A DNA stretch of 64,000 nucleotides, from NCBI GenBank assembly GCA_038727135.1, contig JAVYWL010000001.1:224001-288000 (forward strand), in the 5' to 3' direction. The translations under genes were made by a program, and so were the position numbers. Under the pieces are notes generated by a model. That model worked only from the letters and a program-made list of their open reading frames with translations. It made no database searches and was not told where the DNA came from. This stretch comes from Candidatus Bathyarchaeia archaeon. GTDB lineage: Archaea; Thermoproteota; Bathyarchaeia; Bathyarchaeales; Bathycorpusculaceae. Positions 26,951 through 35,919 of this stretch are shown here, piece by piece; the stretch's first letter is position 1; the number at the start of each line of letters is the position of its first letter.

Positions 26951-27934
26951 TTACGGGTCTGTTATAACTGTTATCCCGAAGGATTTGCAGACTATGGCTA
27001 TATCTTTAGCATCAACCTTACCATCATTGTTTAAGTCTGCCACTGGGTTCCATCTAGGGTCTCCTGGCTGTGTTCCAAAGGCTTTGCAGACAATGGCTAT
27101 ATCTTTAGCATCAACCTTACCATCATTGTTCACATCGCTTTTTAGGATTGTTTTGAATTGGCATTTTTGTGTTGCTGAGTTGTAATTGTAAAGTGTTTTT
27201 GCTGTTACATTGTAGTTGCCTAGTATTATTGGTATTGTTGTTAGTGGGAATGTTATGTTGAATTTTCCGTTGGCGGCTGTTATGGCCTCCTTTATCTCTG
27301 ACGATGATATTATATTAAATGTGGCTTTTTTCTCTGGGGAATATGCCAGTCCACCTTCGCTTGGTAGGTCGCTGAAGGCGGATGCGTAAGCCGCTGCTGT
27401 TCCGGTTGGAGCGTTTGATGGTATTAGTATCGGCCATAATGTGAAGGTTATTTGTTGTCCTGCGTCTACAGTGCTGTTATAGGCGACGAAAGCTTTGAAG
27501 GGTACGGCGTTGCAGTAGAAAATGTTTATTGTTATGATTATTGGGCGGGATGTTGCCATGTTGTTTTTGAATGTTATTTTGAATCCCATGGTGTCTCCTC
27601 TTAGGAATGTGTATTTTGGATTTCCGTTCGAGTCGCATGGTGTTATGCTTATTATTTCCACTGGCATGGTGCCTTGGGGCGGTTCGCCTGTGGTGAAGGC
27701 TCTTATCATGAATAGGTTGCCTTTGGGGTCGCGGATTTCAAAGGATATTGTGGCGTTTGCTATCAGGGTTCCGTCTTTTGTCAAGTTTCCTATAAGGTTT
27801 ACAATTTCTCCAACGTTGTACTCTGGTTTTGTTGGTGCAATGTTTAGGGTTAGTGAAGCTGCATTGGAAATTGGGATTAGCGTGTAGGAAATAAGGAAAA
27901 ATAATAAAATGAATAACAATCTATACCGCTTCAA
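26951..27934 (-). CDS. Secreted Ig-like (MG2-like) protein with C-terminal dockerin
   Basis: Signal peptide, TKPEYNVGEIV strand pattern, and a dockerin with two near-identical DxNNDGKVDAKDIAIVCK repeats. Confidence 0.82.
   Translation of the reverse strand: MKRYRLLFILLFFLISYTLIPISNAASLTLNIAPTKPEYNVGEIVNLIGNLTKDGTLIANATISFEIRDPKGNLFMIRAFTTGEPPQGTMPVEIISITPCDSNGNPKYTFLRGDTMGFKITFKNNMATSRPIIITINIFYCNAVPFKAFVAYNSTVDAGQQITFTLWPILIPSNAPTGTAAAYASAFSDLPSEGGLAYSPEKKATFNIISSSEIKEAITAANGKFNITFPLTTIPIILGNYNVTAKTLYNYNSATQKCQFKTILKSDVNNDGKVDAKDIAIVCKAFGTQPGDPRWNPVADLNNDGKVDAKDIAIVCKSFGITVITDP
26984..27130. repeat. 48-nt direct repeat (1 mismatch, 99-nt period) encoding the two dockerin halves
   Basis: TTTGCAGAC(T/A)ATGGCTATATCTTTAGCATCAACCTTACCATCATTGTT at 26984-27031 and 27083-27130. 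Confidence 0.92.
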
Positions 27935-28008
27935 TGTTTTCTCCCCTCTATAAAGAATGGAGAATTTTACTGATAAGTGTTATGGATTTAACTTCTACGC
28001 ATTAACAT

Positions 28009-28021
28009 AAAAAAGAGGGGG
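28009..28021 (-). terminator. Probable archaeal U-tract terminator
   Basis: CCCCCTCTTTTTT on the minus strand just after the stop at 28030. Confidence 0.55.
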
Positions 28022-28029
28022 AATAGAGC

Positions 28030-30321
28030 TTAGTATGGCTGTATGCAAATTTCTGTTGTGGCTTCTGGACACCAGCTGAATCCGCCATCAGCAGGTTCTT
28101 TATCGAAGGCGTTGACACGCACGGTAGCTTTTCCGGCGGCTGCCCACTTGGGAATCTCTATTGCTAAAGTGATTGTGCCATTCTTGTACTTGCAGAATTC
28201 TGCACCGCCTACTTTTATTTGTTTGACATCTATCTTTCCTACAAAGACACCTAACTCATCTTGTATAACTGCGGTGAATAACACTGGATATGTTTGCATC
28301 GCGTGTGTTCCGTAGTTAATTGTTATGTATACGGTTTCTCTATGATTGTATTCGTATTTGTCTGTTGTGACCTTCCATATGTGTAGGAGGTAGTCGTAGT
28401 GGAATTCCATTGTATCCGTTATAACCTGGTCTGCCAAACTGCATGTGGCGACAACTTTCCATTTTCCGATGAGGCTTTCTGGATTATCGCATATCCATGG
28501 CATTCTGAAGTGCACAGAGGCTACTCCATTTTCGTCCGTGTAGCCAATTATCTTTGTGTATGTTGTTCCGTCCGGCATTAGCACTTCGAAGCTTACTCTC
28601 TTGTTTTGCACTGGCCAGTAGTTGTATGTTACGTTTGCGAACAGCCATACCTCTGATTGGTCTATTACTAAGTCCATTGGCTTATTTGGACCTTGTCCGC
28701 CGTATGGTTCTGGGAAGATTTTAGCGCCATATTCGCTGTTAATTGCGCCACCATACAAGTCTATATTTCTTCCTGGCAGGTTTGTTGTAATAGTGTATAC
28801 TCCGTTTATTGGGTTGTCCAATGGCACCGTGACTATTTCTTGGGTTACTGGACCGTCAAGTCCTACGGCTAATTGCTCAACTATTTCAAGATTTCCGATT
28901 CTATCCGGCTCTCCATAGGATTGATATTTAACTTTGAACTTGATGGTTGCAATGACTCCGCTGCCGCTAGGCCATGGTGCATGCCATACTCCGTTTTCAT
29001 CTGGGAATATTATTTCACCCACTAGAACGTGTGGTCCATAGAATCCATCTTCTTCGAAGTAGGATATGAAGAATGTTCCGTAGGGGGCGAAGCCTGGTAA
29101 GAATGGCCCTTCATACACTTCCACTGGTTCTATTAGGTCTGCTGGGTATCTCAGTCTAAATTGTATTGCTATCAAGTACCAGTGTTCGTCCAAGCCTGTA
29201 AGTGAAACTGTAACATTAAATTCTTGTCCTCTGGCCGGTTCTGGTCCCATAGTTACGCTTGATACTTCTAGTCTGGCTAGTGGCAACGTTAGCAAGCAGT
29301 ATATCCGCACTTTTCCGTCAACCTCTGGTTGCATTTGTATTTCTATAGTTTCTGCAAATAGATGATAGTCATGTAGGTCTAAGGGTGATTCGTCATATTC
29401 GCCTGGAACTCTCGGAGGACATGTGTCTTGGAATATTATTCTGAACCTTACTGTTGCAAGCAAAACGTCGCCTGCCGGAGGGGTTGTTGTATTAGCAAAT
29501 AAGTATAGGTCTCCAGCAGTAGAGTTGTCAAACTCCGTATATGTCCATGCAGAACCAAATGTTACATCTACAACAACCAACAAGTCTGGATCGTAGGCCA
29601 GCCATGTTGAAGCGTTCTTTAGGAACCATGCGGCGCTTAAGCCCTTAATCACTATGTCCTCGGTGAACTCTGTTCCAACGACTGATGGCGGGTAGGGTCC
29701 ATATTCGCGGTAGGCCGGGTCCACAACAAGCTTCGGCTTCGGAGGCGCAACCCACTTAAACGTGTAGGTTGCCCCCTCTTTGCCTATGCCTGATATCTCA
29801 TTCAAGTCGGGGTCAAGAACATATGTATCCGTAGGGTCGAATGTCAGCAGGCTTGTGAGCTGCCCACCCATCGGCGGAGCAGCAATAATTTCGAACTCAA
29901 TCTTAGCCAGTTTAGCCTTTGTCCCAGCAGGCACATAATAGTCTCCAACTATTGATTCAGCGAAGAGCACATAGTTCTCTTCTATTACTGGCGTTGTCGG
30001 CGCCGTCGCCCCGCCAGTTCTGTAGGTTGCCCACTCGCTTGTTGGTCCGGGCTCGTAAGCACAGTTTGTACATTTTAACTGTGTTGTGTCGTAGTAGAGT
30101 TTGAACTGCCAAGTGTACATGTTGCTGGTGGTTACCCAAAGCCATATGTAAATAATAAACTTGTCTCCAACGGAGGTTGTGTCGGTTGTGAAGTATAGAT
30201 TCTCAGGCACAATCCAGAAATAGTTCTGCTGTTCTCCGGCGGATGCGGGCTTCACTAGAAACGGCGGAAGAGCTGCAAGCACCATTAAAACAACCAATAG
30301 AGATGCTAATATCTTTTTCAT
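28030..30321 (-). CDS. Secreted protein with three tandem cohesin-like modules and C-terminal Ig-like domains (candidate primary scaffoldin)
   Basis: ATG 30321 after GGGAGAAGGG; three [VA]xG.[KE]F..[YW]...L.Y..[LI]A.[IV].F modules; no C-terminal TM helix or dockerin. Confidence 0.8.
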   Translation of the reverse strand: MKKILASLLVVLMVLAALPPFLVKPASAGEQQNYFWIVPENLYFTTDTTSVGDKFIIYIWLWVTTSNMYTWQFKLYYDTTQLKCTNCAYEPGPTSEWATYRTGGATAPTTPVIEENYVLFAESIVGDYYVPAGTKAKLAKIEFEIIAAPPMGGQLTSLLTFDPTDTYVLDPDLNEISGIGKEGATYTFKWVAPPKPKLVVDPAYREYGPYPPSVVGTEFTEDIVIKGLSAAWFLKNASTWLAYDPDLLVVVDVTFGSAWTYTEFDNSTAGDLYLFANTTTPPAGDVLLATVRFRIIFQDTCPPRVPGEYDESPLDLHDYHLFAETIEIQMQPEVDGKVRIYCLLTLPLARLEVSSVTMGPEPARGQEFNVTVSLTGLDEHWYLIAIQFRLRYPADLIEPVEVYEGPFLPGFAPYGTFFISYFEEDGFYGPHVLVGEIIFPDENGVWHAPWPSGSGVIATIKFKVKYQSYGEPDRIGNLEIVEQLAVGLDGPVTQEIVTVPLDNPINGVYTITTNLPGRNIDLYGGAINSEYGAKIFPEPYGGQGPNKPMDLVIDQSEVWLFANVTYNYWPVQNKRVSFEVLMPDGTTYTKIIGYTDENGVASVHFRMPWICDNPESLIGKWKVVATCSLADQVITDTMEFHYDYLLHIWKVTTDKYEYNHRETVYITINYGTHAMQTYPVLFTAVIQDELGVFVGKIDVKQIKVGGAEFCKYKNGTITLAIEIPKWAAAGKATVRVNAFDKEPADGGFSWCPEATTEICIQPY

Positions 30322-30426
30322 TTTCCCTTCTCCCTTCAGCTTTTGCAAATGAATATTAAGACAAAACGAGATTTAAGCTTTCTGGAAATATCTTCTACAC
30401 CAAATTTTGAATAAAATATTGGACAG

Positions 30427-31494
30427 TTAAGAAGACCTTGCCAAACGCAAGCGAGCGCCGCCACGCATCTTCAACCGCTTGTAAATTTTCCGAACACTTT
30501 GGAGGACTATCAAAGCGGCAAAGACCATGGCAAGTCCGTAAATAAATGGACTCCAATCAAACCTTTCAAGAAGCAAACCAACAACAACGATGTATCGGTA
30601 CGTAGAGTTGAGCGGAGGATCACCGTTATCAATAACCGTTAAAGTAACCGTATGCTTACCTGTCGAATTATAAATGTGCACAACCACAGGTTCAGTAGTT
30701 CTAGTAATGTTTCCATCTCCAAAATCCCAAATATAAAGGATTATTTCTCCATCATCGACAGAAGCCGAAGCATTAAATATAACTGGAAAACCCTTATAGG
30801 CAAAACAGTAAGGAATGGTTCCAACAGGCGCATAACCCCTTAAAACAACATACCTACTTGTATCAACCTCAGGAACATAAACAGTCAAACGAGCTATAGG
30901 CGGAAGATTAACGGAGCTACCCTCAACGATTATAGTGCAATAATTGGTTATAGCGGGAAAAATCTCCTCTAAGTCATCATTTAATATGTATGAATCAAAA
31001 CTTGTAAGGTAATCTCTGCGTGCTGGATGTTCACGTGTTGCGAATGTTATTCTGGTCGAACCAACATCTATTACTGTAAAGTTAGCTTTAAAAAGTATCC
31101 CGTTTTCCACATCAACGTAGTCAGAACCCACAAGGCTGGCAGCATACATCATGAAGTCATATCCATCTACATAATCTTTATCGAACAAGTGATCAACAAC
31201 TGTGTAAATTTTACCTTTGAAAACATTTTCTGTTGGTATCCATACATCAGTGCAGCTTATAACCGAACCGTTATATTTTAAAACTACTTGCCACGTATAA
31301 AGTCTTTGAACATTCGTAACATTAACAGTCACAGTAAAGTTTGCACCAACAGGAAACGTCAACATTTCAGGTGAAATAATCATCGCGGTAGATCCACCCT
31401 GCGCCCTTAAAACAGAAACGCCTCCTAAAAGGGCTGACAATGCCAGAACTATCATTAAAACGAAAACCGTTATATTCTTTAAATTTTTAGTCAT
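30427..31494 (-). CDS. Membrane-anchored cohesin-PKD protein, last gene of the oppBCDF run
   Basis: ATG 31494 after GGGGTGA, 14 nt past the oppF stop; VGANFTVTVNVTNVQRLYTWQVVLKYNGSV cohesin pattern, PKD (YIWDFGDG), C-terminal TM helix and basic tail. Confidence 0.82.
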   Translation of the reverse strand: MTKNLKNITVFVLMIVLALSALLGGVSVLRAQGGSTAMIISPEMLTFPVGANFTVTVNVTNVQRLYTWQVVLKYNGSVISCTDVWIPTENVFKGKIYTVVDHLFDKDYVDGYDFMMYAASLVGSDYVDVENGILFKANFTVIDVGSTRITFATREHPARRDYLTSFDSYILNDDLEEIFPAITNYCTIIVEGSSVNLPPIARLTVYVPEVDTSRYVVLRGYAPVGTIPYCFAYKGFPVIFNASASVDDGEIILYIWDFGDGNITRTTEPVVVHIYNSTGKHTVTLTVIDNGDPPLNSTYRYIVVVGLLLERFDWSPFIYGLAMVFAALIVLQSVRKIYKRLKMRGGARLRLARSS

Positions 31495-31508
31495 ATTATT
31501 CACCCCAT

Positions 31509-32561
31509 TCACCTTTTCGCCAAAGCAAAACATGCCACATAATGATCTTTCTCGATTTCTAATAATTGCGGCTCCTCTCTTCTACAAACATCCATTACTA
31601 GCGGGCATCTTGGATGGAAACGACATCCCGCAGGGGGGTTCACGGGGCTTGGCACCTCGCCAGCTAAGGGGACGCGTTCCCTCCTCCTCTTGGGGTCCGG
31701 GATGGGTACAGAGGCTATTAGTGCTTGCGAGTACGGGTGCATTGGATTTTTGAAAATTTTAGGCGTGGGCGCAAGCTCATTAACTTTTCCAAGATACATT
31801 ATTGCAACTCTGTCGCTTATACATTCAACAATGCTTAAATCGTGGCTAATAAACATGTATGTAAGGTTAAATTCTTTCTGCAGATCTTTAAAGAGGTTTA
31901 GAAGTTGAGCCCTGACGGATACATCAACAGAGGATGTGGGTTCGTCGAGGACAACGAAGTCAGGTCTGCACACAAGCGCCCTTGCTATCGCAATTCTCTG
32001 CCTCTGCCCACCGCTAAACTCGTGAGGAAACCTGTAAAGGTGCTGCTCGCCTAGACCAACCCTCTTCAAAACGTCAACAACCATTCTTCTGGCTTCCTCG
32101 CCTCTGGCTATCCCTTGGGCAATAAGAGGCTCGGCAACTATGTCCTTAACAAGCATTCTGGGATCCAGCGATGTTGTTGGATCTTGATAAACAATCTGCA
32201 TCCGTTTCCTAAGCCTCAATAGCCTTTCTCCTGAAAATGTGGCTATGTCATACTGCTCCCTCAACCGTTTAAGTTTCCTTGATTTTGGATTTGTCCTCTC
32301 CAATTCAACTATCTCACTGATTATGTCTTCGGGAATATCAAAGAATATATTGCCAGCATCAGGTTTAAGGAGCCTTAGGATTGTCTTACCTAGGGTTGTT
32401 TTGCCGCAGCCTGATTCTCCCACTAATCCAAAGGTTTCTCCCTTAAAAATATTTAGGGTGACACCGTCTACAGCCTTGACAGACGCAACCTTACGCTTTA
32501 AAACGCCCCCAAGTATGGGATAATGCTTTTTCAAGTTTCTCACAGTTATTAAGGTGCTCAT
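31509..32561 (-). CDS. oppF: Oligopeptide ABC transporter ATPase (OppF/DppF)
   Basis: GESGCGKT, FSGGQRQR, LDEPT and a C-terminal GCRFHPRC..C..C domain; ATGA overlap with oppD. Confidence 0.92.
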   Translation of the reverse strand: MSTLITVRNLKKHYPILGGVLKRKVASVKAVDGVTLNIFKGETFGLVGESGCGKTTLGKTILRLLKPDAGNIFFDIPEDIISEIVELERTNPKSRKLKRLREQYDIATFSGERLLRLRKRMQIVYQDPTTSLDPRMLVKDIVAEPLIAQGIARGEEARRMVVDVLKRVGLGEQHLYRFPHEFSGGQRQRIAIARALVCRPDFVVLDEPTSSVDVSVRAQLLNLFKDLQKEFNLTYMFISHDLSIVECISDRVAIMYLGKVNELAPTPKIFKNPMHPYSQALIASVPIPDPKRRRERVPLAGEVPSPVNPPAGCRFHPRCPLVMDVCRREEPQLLEIEKDHYVACFALAKR

Positions 32562-33679
32562 TTCGAGCCTCCGTAGAGGTGGCATGCAACAAAATGATCC
32601 TTCTTAACCTCTATGAATTCAGGCTTGACTTTTTGGCAGATATCCATTTCAAACAGACATCTATCATGAAACCTGCATCCTTTAGGCGGATTTATAAGGC
32701 TTGGAACGGTTCCTGGGATGGATTTGAACTCCTCTCCAGGTTTTGGGATAGATTCCAATAAGGCCTTTGTGTAAGGGTGAAGCGGGGACTCAAAGAGTTC
32801 GTAGACATCGGCTGTTTCAACAACATTACCGGCATACATTACAGCGACTCTGTCGCACAGTTCAGCTATGACACCTAAGTCGTGGGTGATGTATAATATT
32901 GAAGACTTGTATGTTTTCCTTAGCTCCCTTATTAAATTCAGTATCTGGGCTTGAACCGTTACATCTAGGTTTGTTGTGGGCTCATCAGCTATTAACATCG
33001 CTGGTTGACACGACAATGCCATTGCTATAACAGCTCTTTGCGCCATCCCCCCGCTTAGCTCAAAGGGGTACATTTTAGCAACCCTTTCGGGGTCTGCTAT
33101 CTCAACACTTCTTAGAAGGTTTACCACCTCTTTCCGAATCTCAGCCTTTAAGGTTTTTTGGCGAGTGAACTTGGCCATAATTCTAGTGATAATCGCTTTG
33201 GGCTTGTTCAACATTCTTTCATAGACTTTTTTTTCAAAGCTTGCTTTTTTGCCGGCTTTTTCAAGGGTTTCTATAGCTTTTTTTAAGAATTCGTTTTTTC
33301 GATGGGTTAGCAATGCCTCCCCAATCTGTGTTTCAACAGTATATACAGGGTTTAAGTAGGCTCTTGGTTCTTGAAAAACCATGGATATATCTTTCCCTCT
33401 GATTTGTCTTAGTGCATCCTTTCGGAGACTTCGGACATTTATTATTTTCCCGTCTCTGTTGAAGTGAATTTCACCCTCCTCAATTACACCCGGCGGCGGG
33501 ACTAGCTGCAGTATTGAGAAACTTGTTACACTTTTTCCGCACCCTGTTTCTCCTACAAGTCCAAGTATTTCTCCAGGTCTTATTTTTAGATTGACGCCGT
33601 CTAAAGCTTCAACTATCCCGGCATAAGTGTAGAATCTAACTACGAGATTTTTTACTTCTAAAAGGGTTTCCTCAGCCAT
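32558..33679 (-). CDS. oppD: Oligopeptide ABC transporter ATPase (OppD/DppD)
   Basis: GETGCGKS, LSGGMAQR, IADEPTT, GCRFHDRC. Confidence 0.92.
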   Translation of the reverse strand: MAEETLLEVKNLVVRFYTYAGIVEALDGVNLKIRPGEILGLVGETGCGKSVTSFSILQLVPPPGVIEEGEIHFNRDGKIINVRSLRKDALRQIRGKDISMVFQEPRAYLNPVYTVETQIGEALLTHRKNEFLKKAIETLEKAGKKASFEKKVYERMLNKPKAIITRIMAKFTRQKTLKAEIRKEVVNLLRSVEIADPERVAKMYPFELSGGMAQRAVIAMALSCQPAMLIADEPTTNLDVTVQAQILNLIRELRKTYKSSILYITHDLGVIAELCDRVAVMYAGNVVETADVYELFESPLHPYTKALLESIPKPGEEFKSIPGTVPSLINPPKGCRFHDRCLFEMDICQKVKPEFIEVKKDHFVACHLYGGSK

Positions 33680-33680
33680 T

Positions 33681-34796
33681 TCAGCGCCTCCTTATCATTG
33701 GATCTAGGATGTCTCGAAGTGCGTCTCCTAGGAGGTTCCATCCTAAGACGAAAAGGGCGATAAATATGCCCGGAATTAGAAACGTGTGGTAGTGCTGCAC
33801 TAGGAGTTCTGGTGATCTTATCCAGTCTCTGCTTCTGCTGATTATATTCCCCCAATCTGCAAAGTTTGTTTCCGCTCCTATTCCAATGAAGCTTAGGGCC
33901 GCCGCCGTTAATACTATAGAGCCTATGTCAAGCGTCACAACTATGAGTAAAGGATAGATCGTATTTGGAAGGATATGCTTAACTATTATTCGAAGGTCGG
34001 AGCATCCTGCCGCTTTGGCAGCTTCGATGTAATCTTCATTTTTAACTCTTAAGACTTCGCCACGTATAAGCCTTGCATAGCCAGGCCAACCAACTATTGA
34101 TAGGGATATTAAGACTTTGTCAAGTTTGCTTAGGTTTAAGCCTATTGTTATCGGGTTTCCAGTTATGTATAAGAATAGGAAGATTACGAGGACTATTTGA
34201 ATTGGTAGAAGGAGTTTTCTTTCTGGCTTGAAGACTATAAATATTATTGATAGGATCGAGGAAATAACCAGCATTATTATTGTTATGTCTATGGGTATTA
34301 TTGTTGGGAAGGCTATTACAAGGGCCATTGCAAGCACTAGTCCAGGTAGGGCGATTATTATATCGGTAAACCTCATGAGTAGCTCATCTACTATACCTCC
34401 GTAGTAGGCGGCTACTATCCCTAAAATTAGTCCGATGATGAGAGCGATGGCTACTACTACGATGCCTATACGGAAAGCGTTTATGGTTCCCCATATACAC
34501 GCATAATAAATGTCGTATTGCTCACCTGTCGTCCCGAAAATGTGTCTTGTTGTTGGCGGAGTCGGCTGTGGTGTTAAGACAGAAAGTTCGGTGTCTGTGC
34601 GCATTGAAAATGGGTCAGAACTCACTGGGGGGGCTAATATTGGAGCTAAACAAGCTATTATTACAAAACCTATTATTATTGCTAAGCCGACAACCGCAAG
34701 GGAAGATTCTCTAAATCTTCTGAGCATGAATTTCCATTCTTTTATGCGCGGTTCCCATGTCTTTTTTATTTCTCTCCATCGTGCACTTAAACTCAT
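33681..34796 (-). CDS. oppC: Oligopeptide ABC transporter permease (OppC/DppC)
   Basis: HIFGT, EAA loop YIEAAKAAGCS..IIVKHILPN, WNLLGDALRDILDP. Confidence 0.92.
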   Translation of the reverse strand: MSLSARWREIKKTWEPRIKEWKFMLRRFRESSLAVVGLAIIIGFVIIACLAPILAPPVSSDPFSMRTDTELSVLTPQPTPPTTRHIFGTTGEQYDIYYACIWGTINAFRIGIVVVAIALIIGLILGIVAAYYGGIVDELLMRFTDIIIALPGLVLAMALVIAFPTIIPIDITIIMLVISSILSIIFIVFKPERKLLLPIQIVLVIFLFLYITGNPITIGLNLSKLDKVLISLSIVGWPGYARLIRGEVLRVKNEDYIEAAKAAGCSDLRIIVKHILPNTIYPLLIVVTLDIGSIVLTAAALSFIGIGAETNFADWGNIISRSRDWIRSPELLVQHYHTFLIPGIFIALFVLGWNLLGDALRDILDPMIRRR

Positions 34797-34801
34797 ATAG
34801 T

Positions 34802-35845
34802 TTACACCAACCTAATTCTGGGGTCTATATACGCATATAAAATGTCAACTATTAGGTTTGCAATAACGAATAGGAAGGCGCTCAACATTGCATAGCCTAA
34901 AACTGCTGGAATATCAAACTGAAGCGCCGCTCTTGCAGCCCATTGGCCTAGTCCGCCGAAGGCAAACACTGTCTCCGTTATTACAAGTCCCCCCAATAAG
35001 CCTGCGATTAACATTCCTGAAAGGGTGACCACTGGTATCAAGGCGTTTCGCCTGGCATGCCTATAAATAACTGTTTTGTCGTCAAGTCCTTTTGCCTTTG
35101 CAGCGAAAGTGTAGGGTTTGTTTAGGGCTTCTAGCATGGATGAACGCATAACTCTAATTAGTAATGCTATGTTTATTGTGACTATGACTATGACGGGGAG
35201 TATTAAATGCTTAAGGACGCTGAGGGTTATTTCAAGCCTTCCGTTTAAAAGGCCGTCGAATAAATCTATGTAAGTGTAACGAGTAAACAGTTGGGGATTG
35301 TTTCTAATATCCATTAGATGCGGGTCAAGGGGGCCCGGGGGCAACCATCCCAGGTGACCATAAAATACTGATAGTAGTATGAGGCCTAACCAAAATGATG
35401 GTAAGGACCATCCGAGAATGGAAAGAACTCTGCAGAAGTTGTCAATTATGCCGTCCTTATGAATGGCTGCTTGAACTCCTAAAAAAATCCCTATAAAAAT
35501 GATTAGAGGTGCTGCAAATAGTACTATTTCGAATGTGTACGGCCATCTTTCAAGTATGGCGCTGGCGACCGACTGTTGGGAGCTTTTGGAAAATCCTAAG
35601 TTTCCTTGAAGTACTTGACTTAGCCACGCGAAATATTGTTCGTGCAACGGTCTGGTTAAGCCATATTGTTCTGCTATGCGAGTTAGTTGTTCTGGGCTTG
35701 TGTGTTGAACGTTTCTGACATAAAGCATTGCTCTGACTTCAACGGGAACCATTGCTGTTATTGCGAATATTAAAACTGTTACACCTAAAAGTACAAAGAT
35801 TAGAAGTATAAGCCTTCTTACAATATATGCTAGTAGGGAGGTCAT
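34802..35845 (-). CDS. oppB: Oligopeptide ABC transporter permease (OppB/DppB)
   Basis: YIVRRL, GNLGFS, AKAKGL..YRHARRNAL, DILYAYIDPRIR; ATG 35845 lies about 30 nt downstream of a TATA-like CTTAAATA. Confidence 0.92.
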   Translation of the reverse strand: MTSLLAYIVRRLILLIFVLLGVTVLIFAITAMVPVEVRAMLYVRNVQHTSPEQLTRIAEQYGLTRPLHEQYFAWLSQVLQGNLGFSKSSQQSVASAILERWPYTFEIVLFAAPLIIFIGIFLGVQAAIHKDGIIDNFCRVLSILGWSLPSFWLGLILLSVFYGHLGWLPPGPLDPHLMDIRNNPQLFTRYTYIDLFDGLLNGRLEITLSVLKHLILPVIVIVTINIALLIRVMRSSMLEALNKPYTFAAKAKGLDDKTVIYRHARRNALIPVVTLSGMLIAGLLGGLVITETVFAFGGLGQWAARAALQFDIPAVLGYAMLSAFLFVIANLIVDILYAYIDPRIRLV

Positions 35846-35898
35846 GGCGTTTAAAATAAACAAGCACCGAATATTTAAGTTTGACGAGAAAAATTAAC

Positions 35899-35912
35899 AA
35901 AAAAAAGGGAGA
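35899..35912 (-). terminator. Probable U-tract terminator after oppA
   Basis: TCTCCCTTTTTTTT on the minus strand immediately after the oppA stop. Confidence 0.6.
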
Positions 35913-35919
35913 TTTTAAT

